A stretch of DNA of 13,963 nucleotides from an uncultured Deinococcales bacterium (GTDB lineage Bacteria; Deinococcota; Deinococci; Deinococcales; JAAFIG01): NCBI GenBank assembly GCA_964247135.1, contig CAXTTL010000129.1, positions 1 through 13,963 on the forward strand. The letters run 5' to 3'. Shown here in pieces: positions 1 through 7,630 of this stretch. The translations under genes were made by a program, and so were the position numbers. Within the stretch, counting starts at the first letter, position 1; each line of letters starts with the position of its first letter. The notes under the pieces were generated by a model that made no database searches, was not told where the DNA came from, and worked only from the letters and a program-made list of their open reading frames with translations.

Positions 1-48
1 GAAGCGATCCCGCTCGAGAAACTGGCGTTGCTGGCAGAAATCCTCGAG
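1..48 (+). repeat. Direct repeat copy 1 (3' end of upstream gene)
   Basis: gaagcgatcccgctcgagaaactggcgttgctggcagaaatcctcgag matches 1233-1280 at 42/48 positions without gaps. Confidence 0.92.
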
Positions 49-54
49 ACGTAA
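1..54 (+). CDS. C-terminal fragment of an upstream gene, possibly 16S rRNA dimethyltransferase RsmA/KsgA (partial)
   Basis: Frame 1 reads EAIPLEKLALLAEILET-stop (TAA 52-54). The degenerate copy at ~1212-1292 extends it to LEPELRGE(A/V)IPLE..., resembling the RsmA C-terminal 'L-x-P-x-x-R-A/G-E-x-L/I-x-L-E' helix. Only 17 codons are visible, so the product call is tentative. Confidence 0.5.
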   Translation, partial: EAIPLEKLALLAEILET

Positions 55-64
55 AAGTTTATAC

Positions 65-80
65 ACCATTGTCAAATGGT
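65..80. promoter_or_regulatory. Short inverted repeat upstream of the alkZ-like gene (possible operator)
   Basis: ACCATT-gtca-AATGGT, perfect 6-bp arms, ending 8 bp before the putative -10. Confidence 0.3.
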
Positions 81-88
81 TTAAGCCT

Positions 89-94
89 TAAAAT
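89..94 (+). promoter_or_regulatory. Putative -10 element for a (near-)leaderless alkZ-like transcript
   Basis: TAAAAT with 8 nt to the ATG at 103; no Shine-Dalgarno sequence. Confidence 0.45.
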
Positions 95-102
95 TCAAGC
101 AA

Positions 103-1197
103 ATGCCAGAAAGCCTCAGCCTCAAAGCCTTAAACCGTGCCACGCTCGCCCGACAGCACCTCTTGGCGCGGAGCAACATGCCTGTGCCATCCATGCTCGA
201 GGCACTTTGCGGAATGCAAGCCCAAGCCCCTTTTGCCCCGTATTACGGTCTGTGGTGTCGTCTCGAGCCATTTGCGCCAGACGAATTGTCGGATTTGCTT
301 CTTGACCGTCAAGCGGTTCGTCTGGGTTTGATGCGCGGCACGGTGCATCTGGTCACGGCGGAGGACGCACGGTGTATTTATCCATTGATGCAGCCCATCG
401 CCGAAAATGATCTGCGAAGCAATCCAATTGACATGGACTTAAGCACGCTCATCGACTTTGGACGCGAATTGCTCGAGGAAAGGGCGCTGAGTTTACAAGA
501 ATTGCGTCCCTTGCTTCAAACCAAGTTCCCGAACCAAGATTCAAACACCCTGGCTCGAGCCTTAAGAAACGTCTTGCCGCTGGTGCAAATTCCACCTCGA
601 GCCGTCTGGGGCAAAAGCGCTCAGACGCGTTTCAGGACCTTGGAACACTGGCTTGGTGCGCCCCTCGAGCCAGATTATTCGCTGGAACAATTGACAAGAC
701 GTTATTTGGCGGCTTTTGGACCCGCATCGGTTGCAGACCTACAAACCTGGTGCGGCTTAAATCGGATGCGTGACACTGTCGAAAAACTTCGTACTGAGCT
801 GCTGGTGTTTCATGACGAACAGCAACGGGAACTCTTTGATTTGCCCGAAGCGCCACGTCCAAACGCAGAGACACCCGCGCCAGTGCGCTTGTTGCCACAA
901 TTTGACAACCTGCTCTTGTCGCATCAAAACCGCACCCGGGTGATGGATCAAGGGCTTCAAAAACGCTTGTTCGATGTCAAAAATGGCGTGTATCCGGCAA
1001 CAATCATGTTGGACGGTTTTTTAGCGGGAACCTGGAGTCTAGAAATCATCAAGAACACCGCCATTTTACGCCTCGAGCCTTACCGAAAAGTGTTGAAGAG
1101 CGAAGCCGAAGAAATTCAGGCGGAGGCTGAACGGTTGCTGTTCCTGTCAACGCCAAAGACGATCACTCGAGAAGTTGAACTTGTGAACATGGCTTGA
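103..1197 (+). CDS. HTH_42 winged-helix protein, AlkZ-like DNA glycosylase (interstrand crosslink repair family)
   Basis: 364 aa with N-terminal LNRATLARQHLL, GMQAQ (Q-x-Q catalytic motif of AlkZ-like proteins), LMRGTVHLV, RRYLAAFGPAS, and VRLLPQFDNLLLSH. Confidence 0.88.
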   Translation: MPESLSLKALNRATLARQHLLARSNMPVPSMLEALCGMQAQAPFAPYYGLWCRLEPFAPDELSDLLLDRQAVRLGLMRGTVHLVTAEDARCIYPLMQPIAENDLRSNPIDMDLSTLIDFGRELLEERALSLQELRPLLQTKFPNQDSNTLARALRNVLPLVQIPPRAVWGKSAQTRFRTLEHWLGAPLEPDYSLEQLTRRYLAAFGPASVADLQTWCGLNRMRDTVEKLRTELLVFHDEQQRELFDLPEAPRPNAETPAPVRLLPQFDNLLLSHQNRTRVMDQGLQKRLFDVKNGVYPATIMLDGFLAGTWSLEIIKNTAILRLEPYRKVLKSEAEEIQAEAERLLFLSTPKTITREVELVNMA

Positions 1198-1199
1198 TC

Positions 1200-1292
1200 G
1201 GGTTACTTTCTCTCGAGCCAGAACTTCGCGGCGAAGTGATCCCGCTCGAGAGACTGATGTTGCCGGCAGAAATTCTCGAGCAACAAAGTTAG
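1200..1292 (+). pseudogene. Degenerate remnant of the upstream gene's 3' end
   Basis: Reads GLLSLEPELRGEVIPLERLMLPAEILEQQS-stop, homologous to EAIPLEKLALLAEILET-stop at 1-54. It is cut off on the left by the alkZ-like gene and carries an L>P change in the predicted helix. Confidence 0.65.
1233..1280 (+). repeat. Direct repeat copy 2
   Basis: gaagtgatcccgctcgagagactgatgttgccggcagaaattctcgag has 6 mismatches to 1-48. Both CTCGAG sites are kept at the same 30-bp spacing. Confidence 0.92.
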
Positions 1293-1320
1293 ATTCATAC
1301 TTTTAAAAACGATCTAAACG

Positions 1321-1329
1321 TGGCACAAT
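1321..1329 (+). promoter_or_regulatory. Putative extended -10 (TG-n-CACAAT) for a leaderless TA operon
   Basis: TGgCACAAT with 7 nt to the ATG at 1337; no SD. Confidence 0.5.
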
Positions 1330-1336
1330 TCTTGGT

Positions 1337-1555
1337 ATGAGTTACCTTGAGTTGCAAAGTCAAGTCGAGAAGTTACCAGTGCAAGAACGGGTTGCGTTGA
1401 TGCAATACATTCAGCATTCGTTAACGCCTGCTCAAATCGAAGCATTTTGGGTCGAAGAAGCCGAACGGATCGCTGATTTAATCGATGCAGGGCAAATGCG
1501 AACCTATGACCGTGACGAATTAAGGAAACGGCGTGCCCAAAGAACTGCTTCATGA
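1337..1555 (+). CDS. Addiction-module antitoxin component (TIGR02574/PF09720-like)
   Basis: 72 aa; LPVQERVAL...IEAFWVEEAERI..IDAG matches the family pattern L-x-x-x-ER...W-x-x-E-A-E-R...G; lies directly upstream of and overlaps a ParE-like gene. Confidence 0.8.
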   Translation: MSYLELQSQVEKLPVQERVALMQYIQHSLTPAQIEAFWVEEAERIADLIDAGQMRTYDRDELRKRRAQRTAS

Positions 1556-1847
1556 AATTTATTCAGAATTGGCACTGCAAAAAATTCTCGAGATCGAATG
1601 GCAACTTGAAGCACGAAACCCTGATCGCGCCGAAGTTTTCCGTCAAGAACTGGCTGAATTGGTTGCCCAACTGCTGATTTTCCCTGAATCCGCACCAATT
1701 GTTGGTTTTCGCAAAGAAGTTCGCAGGCGCTTGTTTAAACGCTTTCCTTACGGTCTGTTGTATGTCATCCGAGAAGAACACCTGCTGATTACTTTGATTT
1801 ATCCGCTTGGACAAAACACGCCTTTTTGGGATGATTACAACGAGTAA
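1533..1847 (+). CDS. Type II toxin, RelE/ParE family
   Basis: 104 aa with FPES...VRRRLFKRFPYGLLYVI and a C-terminal P-F-W, typical of ParE-like toxins. GTG start preceded by AAGGA (1522-1526); overlaps the antitoxin. Start codon somewhat uncertain. Confidence 0.8.
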   Translation: MPKELLHEIYSELALQKILEIEWQLEARNPDRAEVFRQELAELVAQLLIFPESAPIVGFRKEVRRRLFKRFPYGLLYVIREEHLLITLIYPLGQNTPFWDDYNE

Positions 1848-1864
1848 CCGCGCAACTCGAGCTT

Positions 1865-2542
1865 TTAAAGAACCTTCTCTTCAACCCCAAAATGTACTGC
1901 AAAACTCGAGCCTGGGACTTCATGATGCTGTCTGCAACGGGGTTCGTAAGCTTCACTTGCACCAACCAGAATAATTGGATCATCAAACCGCGCTGGCAGG
2001 TCGTTCACCAAGCGCTGCGTTCTTGTGGCTGGAGCGCCGCAGACCACGCAAATCGCCGTCAGTTTTTCAACATGCTCGGCTCGAGTTAACAATTCTGGCA
2101 TCAAACCAAACGGTTCGCCGCGAAAATCGGTGTCGAGTCCCGCGCAGATCACGCGCACGCCAGCCATCGCCAGCTCGAGCGCGAGTGGAATCAAACCCGG
2201 ATCAAAAAATTGGCATTCGTCAAACGCCACCACCTTGGGCAGGGGTTTCTCGAGCACGCCAGGGTTCTCCAGACCGAACAGCGCAGGTTCTGGCGCGAGT
2301 CCGAGGTGTTCTCGAATCTCGAGCGAATTTTTGACGGCGTGGGCTTCGGCGGTGCGCCCCGCGTGGCTGGCGACGCTCGAGACGTGATAGCGGTCATCGA
2401 TGGCGGGTTTAAAAACGATCACGCGTTGTTTGGCAATTAAAGCGCGGGTGACACGGCGGATCAGTTCTTCGGATTTACCACTGAACATGGGTCCGCAAAC
2501 AACTTCGATATGACCGGCTGGGAAGAATGGTTCGTGAGGCAT
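1865..2542 (-). CDS. tdk: Thymidine kinase
   Basis: [19 protein letters not shown]-loop, [36 protein letters not shown] and YEPRCRQHH zinc site. Start moved from the ORF-track 2644 to the ATG at 2542 (MPHEPFF), which has a -10 box 7 nt upstream. Confidence 0.95.
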   Translation of the reverse strand: MPHEPFFPAGHIEVVCGPMFSGKSEELIRRVTRALIAKQRVIVFKPAIDDRYHVSSVASHAGRTAEAHAVKNSLEIREHLGLAPEPALFGLENPGVLEKPLPKVVAFDECQFFDPGLIPLALELAMAGVRVICAGLDTDFRGEPFGLMPELLTRAEHVEKLTAICVVCGAPATRTQRLVNDLPARFDDPIILVGASEAYEPRCRQHHEVPGSSFAVHFGVEEKVL

Positions 2543-2549
2543 TGAGGGC

Positions 2550-2555
2550 AGAATA
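2550..2555 (-). promoter_or_regulatory. Putative -10 element, leaderless tdk
   Basis: Minus strand reads TATTCT-gccctca-ATG. Confidence 0.65.
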
Positions 2556-2640
2556 CCGCAGAGAGGCTCGAGGTTCAAAAGGTGGCGAGAAGTTATGGGT
2601 TTTTGCTCGAGACTGTTAGCCCAATTAAACTCGAGGTTTT

Positions 2641-3876
2641 TCACAACTCGAAAACGCTTAAGACTTCAACGTGGCTGGTGTGCGGGTAAAAATCCCAGGG
2701 TTCGACGTGTTTGAGGTTGTAACCCGCCCGCACGAGTTTGCCTGCGTCCCTTGCCCACGTGCCAGGGTCGCAAGAAACGTAAATCACTTGGCTGGCTTGC
2801 GCCCGAAGCAGTGCATTCAACGCATCGGTACTCAGTCCTGCCCTTGGTGGGTCAACGGTGATGACATCGCTGGGGTATTTCTCGAGACGGCTGGCATCAC
2901 CTTGCACAAAACTGAGGTTCAGCACACCCAAACGCCCCGCGTCAGAACGACCTCGGTCGATGCTTTCGGGGTTGATCTCGAGCACGGTGACGCTCTCAAA
3001 CTTTTTGGTCAGGTGCAGTGCCATGCCGCCAGCACCGCCGTACAAGTCCAAGACGCTCGAGCCAGGTTGCGCCAGTTCTGCGACGCGTTGATAAAGTTTT
3101 CCGGCGGCGATTGGGTTGACTTGCGCAAAACTGGTGGCGGTCACGGAGAGGTCAAAATCGCCGTAACGCTCGAGGATGTTTTCTGCTCCCCACAAGTGTT
3201 GCACGCCGTCACGGAAGCGTCCTGCGGTAGATGCAAAGGCAAAACTGACGCCGGTCACACCAAGGTCGCGCAGGTGTTCGCGGGCGCTGTAATACTCTCG
3301 AGATTTACCAATGCCGACAAGCGCCACCAGCACTTCGCCAGTCTCGAGGCTGGCACGAAACGCAATTTCGCTGGCTGGCTCGAGCAATCGCATGTCGAGG
3401 TCTTGAATGCCCGCGCCAATAAATTCGCAAACCAGCGGGTCGTCACGAATGATTTTGGCATCGTGCGAGGCGCGTTCGCGGTACGCCAAACCCAAGGGCG
3501 TGACCATGTACTGCGCGGTGTTGCGGTACCGCCACTCGAGCGGGCTGGCTTGGGTGGGCATGACTTCAAACTCGAGTTTGCCGATGCGTTCGAGCGAATC
3601 TTGGACGATGCTTTGCTTGCAAGTTAACTGCGTGGCGTAATCGGCAAAACCAAAATCCATGGTGGGCGGCGCACCACGGGGTAAATCCACGCGACCCGCC
3701 GATGGTTCGATCACAGATTCGACCGTACCCTCGAGTCTCCCCTTTCGAGCAGTCACCCGAGCCTCAACCAGTTCACCTGGTAAAGCCCCTGCCAGCAGCA
3801 CGACCTGACCATCGATGCGGGCTAAACCCAAAGCACCAGAAACGATTTTTTCGACGCGGACACGCTCGAGACTCAT
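2641..3876 (-). CDS. rlmD: 23S rRNA (uracil-5)-methyltransferase, RlmD/TrmA family with TRAM domain
   Basis: TRAM-like N-terminus ([10 protein letters not shown]), [23 protein letters not shown] motif, DPPRAG, YVSCDP catalytic Cys, and [10 protein letters not shown]. Confidence 0.85.
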   Translation of the reverse strand: MSLERVRVEKIVSGALGLARIDGQVVLLAGALPGELVEARVTARKGRLEGTVESVIEPSAGRVDLPRGAPPTMDFGFADYATQLTCKQSIVQDSLERIGKLEFEVMPTQASPLEWRYRNTAQYMVTPLGLAYRERASHDAKIIRDDPLVCEFIGAGIQDLDMRLLEPASEIAFRASLETGEVLVALVGIGKSREYYSAREHLRDLGVTGVSFAFASTAGRFRDGVQHLWGAENILERYGDFDLSVTATSFAQVNPIAAGKLYQRVAELAQPGSSVLDLYGGAGGMALHLTKKFESVTVLEINPESIDRGRSDAGRLGVLNLSFVQGDASRLEKYPSDVITVDPPRAGLSTDALNALLRAQASQVIYVSCDPGTWARDAGKLVRAGYNLKHVEPWDFYPHTSHVEVLSVFEL

Positions 3877-3882
3877 GCTCGG

Positions 3883-3888
3883 AGTCTA
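3883..3888 (-). promoter_or_regulatory. Putative -10 element, leaderless rlmD-like gene
   Basis: Minus strand reads TAGACT-ccgagc-ATG. Confidence 0.7.
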
Positions 3889-3958
3889 ACCCGAGTTGGA
3901 CGGCACAGAACACCGCTGAGGAAGCTCAAAGGTCTTGCTGCACAGTTTGAATTTGACT

Positions 3959-5215
3959 TTAGTACAACATCGTACCATCGCCCAGCAAGTAGGCGTGGCA
4001 GTCTTTGGAGGCGTTGTCGCAGTTTTCAATCCAGGTTTTTTCGGTATCTGTGTCCCAACCGTCCCACCAGTCGGCGTGTGCCGAGAAACCGCCGCCGTTG
4101 CTGGTGTAATCGTACATGTCTGACGCCAAATGCCAGCCTTGGGCATTTTTTGGAATTGGGAAGCGCACGTTGAAGGTGATCTCAGGAATGGCGACAGGAT
4201 GCGAACCTGGGCAAGCGCCACCCACAGGATTTGCCATGTGGCTTTTGTGGTCGCTCGAGTCAAGGTTTTTACCGTCCCAGCATTGTGGGAACTCGATGCT
4301 GAGTTGAAGCTGGTTTCCTGCGGGGCAACGCGGGTCGTTCAGAACGTCCTGAATCGAATCCAGGTGACCGATGTAAACCTCTAAACAACCCCAATGTCCT
4401 TGCCCTTGGGCGCTCGAGAGCGCACCGTTGCCCGAAATCATGCGCAAGCCTTTTGGTATTTGTTTGACATCGGCTGGTTTGATGCCCAAGTAACCGGTCT
4501 TGTAATAAAAAATGGCGCTGTCTGGCAGAACTACGTTGCCCGTACCGTCGATCAGTGCCGGAACCCAGTAGGCGGTACGGTCGAGAATGCCACCGGCGCA
4601 GGTCGAATTGCCAGCGTTCAGCATTGAATCGACGCTCGAGTTGGCGTCCGTGCCAGAATTGCCAAAAAACATGTGCAAATGTGATGCGCCAGGTTTGCCA
4701 GGAAACACCATCGGGTCATCAAACGAAAAATGCGATACCTGGCAAGGAATACGGAATGCACCGATATCGCTGTTGGCTACTCCCAGGTCGGCGGTGGCTT
4801 GCACGCGTTTTTCAGAGAATCCAGGATGCCCGAGTGGAATGTTTATTGTTGCACCAAGACCAGCCATTCCAGGTTTTGGGTTGTTCATGGTCTGTGTTTT
4901 GTAGGTGCTGGCGTAATCGCAAGTTGCAGCACCCGAACCGCCGACCGCCAATCCAAAGTTGTATTCTTTGCAGTAATCCAGTCCGCCATAAAAACTTTTG
5001 ATGGTTTCTTTGCCGTCCAGCACAAAACGCACGTCACGCATTCCCGAGAAACCGCAACCACTGTATTCTTTGGCGCAAAAAACCCAAGTGGTTGGGGTTG
5101 CGGCTGAAATCTGGGTGACGGCATTGCAGCCAACCAAAACACAAAAAATCAAAGTCAGGCTGAACAAGACTCGAGATTTAAACGTCGTTGCGGCTGGCTG
5201 ATGCTCGAGTTTCAT
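3959..5215 (-). CDS. DUF1996 domain-containing secreted protein, probable lipoprotein
   Basis: DDPMVFPGKPGASHLHMFFGN, STC...DRTAYWVPAL, FPQCWDGKNLDSSDHKSHM, CPGSHPVAIP and SAHADWWDGWD are DUF1996 hallmarks. Signal peptide ends in VLVGC (lipobox-like), followed by a small Cys-rich module (WVFCAKEYSGCGFSG..VRF). Confidence 0.88.
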   Translation of the reverse strand: MKLEHQPAATTFKSRVLFSLTLIFCVLVGCNAVTQISAATPTTWVFCAKEYSGCGFSGMRDVRFVLDGKETIKSFYGGLDYCKEYNFGLAVGGSGAATCDYASTYKTQTMNNPKPGMAGLGATINIPLGHPGFSEKRVQATADLGVANSDIGAFRIPCQVSHFSFDDPMVFPGKPGASHLHMFFGNSGTDANSSVDSMLNAGNSTCAGGILDRTAYWVPALIDGTGNVVLPDSAIFYYKTGYLGIKPADVKQIPKGLRMISGNGALSSAQGQGHWGCLEVYIGHLDSIQDVLNDPRCPAGNQLQLSIEFPQCWDGKNLDSSDHKSHMANPVGGACPGSHPVAIPEITFNVRFPIPKNAQGWHLASDMYDYTSNGGGFSAHADWWDGWDTDTEKTWIENCDNASKDCHAYLLGDGTMLY

Positions 5216-5221
5216 ACGTGG

Positions 5222-5227
5222 AGTTTA
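5222..5227 (-). promoter_or_regulatory. Putative -10 element, leaderless DUF1996 gene
   Basis: Minus strand reads TAAACT-ccacgt-ATG. Confidence 0.68.
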
Positions 5228-5330
5228 GTTGGTTTTGTGGCGTTTGTTATGACCAAAAAATGAGTCAAACGGTGCGGTATTCATCGGTCTGCTCTAGCCA
5301 AGTGTCTCTGGCTCGAACCACAGCCTCAGG

Positions 5331-5336
5331 TACAAT
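5331..5336 (+). promoter_or_regulatory. Putative -10 element, leaderless glcF-like operon
   Basis: TACAAT-gagatc-ATG(5343); divergent from the 5222-5227 promoter. Confidence 0.72.
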
Positions 5337-5342
5337 GAGATC

Positions 5343-6674
5343 ATGAGCGCAGCCACCCTCGAGCCAGTCTCGGCAGCCAACCTCGAGCAGCGGTTTATGA
5401 ACGCGGGCGATTTGATCGCGGGTTCGGACATTTGCGTGCAATGTGGGATATGTTTGAGTGTCTGTCCGACGTATCAGCAGACCGGCGAGGAGATTCAATC
5501 GCCGCGCGGTCGGGTGATGCTCTACCGTGCCGCTGCCGAGGGTTTAACCGACAATTTCGAGGTCGTGCTGGATGCGGCGTATGACTGCATGGATTGCCGC
5601 GCCTGCCAGACCGTCTGTCCAAGTGGCGTCAAACCTGGTGAGATGGCTGTAGAGACTCGAGTGGCGCTTCAGGGCGGCAAAGCACCAGATTTCAAGACCA
5701 AAGCGATTCTCGAGCCGTTCAAGCACCCGTGGGCGTGGGATGCGCTCAACTTCGGGGTTCGGGCGTATCAGGGCTTGGGGCTGCAAAAATTTGTGCGCTC
5801 GAGCAAAATCTTGGAGAAATTCGGCAGTGTGGGCAAAAAACTGGCGGAACTCGAGAATATCCTGCCCGAAAAAATTGCGCCAGCGCTCAGAACTCGAGTG
5901 TTGCCGACAACGCCAGCCGTTGGTGAAAAACGTGGTCAGGTTGCATTTTTCTTGGGTTGTCTGATGAACGCCTTTTACAGCGAAGCCTCGAGCGCCACGG
6001 TAAACGTTCTCACCTTGAATGGCTTTGACGTGACCACCCCAAGGGAAACCGCCTGTTGCGGCGCTCCCGCGATTGAAGAGGGCGACTTGGAAGGTTTCAA
6101 CATTGTCGCCAAACGGAATTTAGACCTGTACGATTCGCTCGAGGTTGAAGCGATCATTACCGACTGCGCGGGTTGCGGGGCAGAACTGAAAAAGTACGCC
6201 AAGTATTTTAAAGACGATCCAGAATATGCCGCCAAAGCCGAACGCTTCAGCCAAAAAAGTTACGGGCTGTCCGAATTCCTGAAAAAACACGGCTTGCGCG
6301 ACCTGCCGCAAATTGACTCGCCCAGCATGAGCGTGACCTACCAAGACGCCTGCCATTTGTGCCACGCCCAGAGCGTTTGCGCCCAACCAAGGGAAATCCT
6401 GCGCGAAAACCCGCTGGTGCAACTGACCGAACTCGAGAATGCCAGCGATTGCTGCGGCGGGGCTGGCATTTACAACATCACGCACCCTGAAATGAGCCAA
6501 AAAATTTTGGCGGGCAAAATGCAGCGCGTGAAGGAATCGGGTGCGGAAATTCTGGCGGTTGAAAACCCAGGTTGTATGTTGCAACTCGAGGCTGGGACAC
6601 GGCAATTTAATGTCAATGTCAAAGTCATACACACCTCGGTGATTCTCGAGCGGGCTTACAAAGCTTCACGATGA
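5343..6674 (+). CDS. glcF: Glycolate oxidase iron-sulfur subunit GlcF-like (Fe-S)-binding protein
   Basis: Two ferredoxin motifs (CVQCGICLSVCP and CMDCRACQTVCP), SPRGR, FFLGC, two CCG domains (ACCGA, DCCGGAGIYN), YQDACHL and NPGCMLQL. Confidence 0.8.
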   Translation: MSAATLEPVSAANLEQRFMNAGDLIAGSDICVQCGICLSVCPTYQQTGEEIQSPRGRVMLYRAAAEGLTDNFEVVLDAAYDCMDCRACQTVCPSGVKPGEMAVETRVALQGGKAPDFKTKAILEPFKHPWAWDALNFGVRAYQGLGLQKFVRSSKILEKFGSVGKKLAELENILPEKIAPALRTRVLPTTPAVGEKRGQVAFFLGCLMNAFYSEASSATVNVLTLNGFDVTTPRETACCGAPAIEEGDLEGFNIVAKRNLDLYDSLEVEAIITDCAGCGAELKKYAKYFKDDPEYAAKAERFSQKSYGLSEFLKKHGLRDLPQIDSPSMSVTYQDACHLCHAQSVCAQPREILRENPLVQLTELENASDCCGGAGIYNITHPEMSQKILAGKMQRVKESGAEILAVENPGCMLQLEAGTRQFNVNVKVIHTSVILERAYKASR

Positions 6675-7630
6675 TTGCCGTTACCGAAACGCTTTTCGCG
6701 GTGCAAATCCCCATTCCCTACCCGATGAAATTCGTGACGGTTTTGATTGATACCGCCCAACCCGTCACACTGGTCGATTGCGCCCTGAATACCCCCGAGG
6801 CTCGAGCCGCACTTGAAGCTGCATTAAACGAACTCAAGCTCGAGTGGCGCGACATCAAACGCATCATTGTGACGCACCATCACCCAGACCATTACGGGCT
6901 GGCGGGTTGGATTCAAGAACGTTCCAATTGCGAAATTTTGATGCTCGAGTTGGACATTGTTCGCGGCGCTATTTTCTGGGATGACTGGGAGAATTGGCTC
7001 GAGGGTCACGTGCGGCACTTTGCACGGCACGGTTTACCCGCAGATGAACTCGAAAGCATTCGCACCGATGCTCAAGCAACCCGTGATCGAGTGGGCGCAA
7101 ATGCAAAATTGACGCCGTTGCAAGCTGGCGACGACCTCAAGCTGGCAGGCAGAACCTTTGAAGTGCTCTGGATGCCAGGTCATGCCGACGGACACTTAAC
7201 GCTTTGGGACGCGCAAGAAAACCTACTTATTGCTGGCGATGTCATCCTCGAACGCATCACGCCAAACGTGGGCTTGTGGGCAAATTCCAGACCAAACCCG
7301 TTAAAAGATTATTTAAAATCGCTCGAGCAAGTCGCCAAACTGCAACCTGCTCGAGCGGTGGTTGGACATTACGGACCGATCATCGAAAATGCCGCCGAAC
7401 GCGCCCTCGAGATCACGAAGCATCACCATGCCAGACTGGATGAATTGCGCAGCCAACTCGAGCGACCGATGAATGCTTTTGAAGCCAGTTTTATTCTCTT
7501 TGCCAGGGAATTAAACCCCACTGGACGACGTTTTGCCCTGACCGAAACCCTGGCGCACCTCGAGTATTTATACCAAAACAACGAATTAACCAAACTCGAG
7601 GGTGATGTGATTCGGTACGCTCGAGTTTAA
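6671..7630 (+). CDS. MBL-fold metallo-hydrolase
   Basis: THHHPDH (HxHxDH), PGHADGH, AGDVIL.RITPN, GHYG, and C-terminal ETLAHLEYL; ATGA overlap with the glcF-like stop at 6671-6674. Confidence 0.9.
   Translation: MIAVTETLFAVQIPIPYPMKFVTVLIDTAQPVTLVDCALNTPEARAALEAALNELKLEWRDIKRIIVTHHHPDHYGLAGWIQERSNCEILMLELDIVRGAIFWDDWENWLEGHVRHFARHGLPADELESIRTDAQATRDRVGANAKLTPLQAGDDLKLAGRTFEVLWMPGHADGHLTLWDAQENLLIAGDVILERITPNVGLWANSRPNPLKDYLKSLEQVAKLQPARAVVGHYGPIIENAAERALEITKHHHARLDELRSQLERPMNAFEASFILFARELNPTGRRFALTETLAHLEYLYQNNELTKLEGDVIRYARV

Noticed and set aside
69-74. TTGTCA as the -35 for the alkZ-like promoter
   Set aside because: Only 14 bp from the TAAAAT -10, too short for a sigma70-type spacer.
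1552-1677. ATG overlapping the antitoxin stop (ATGA), suggesting a frameshifted toxin start
   Set aside because: It is out of frame with the ParE-like domain. The GTG at 1533 has an SD and gives an intact ORF, so no frameshift is needed, though one is not excluded.
2543-2644. 34-aa N-terminal extension of thymidine kinase in the ORF track
   Set aside because: No resemblance to TK; the ATG at 2542 has a well-placed -10 box and gives a normal N-terminus.
2671-3627. 318-aa + strand ORF antisense to the rlmD-like gene
   Set aside because: Lies entirely opposite a well-supported gene and has no recognisable motifs; a typical antisense shadow ORF.
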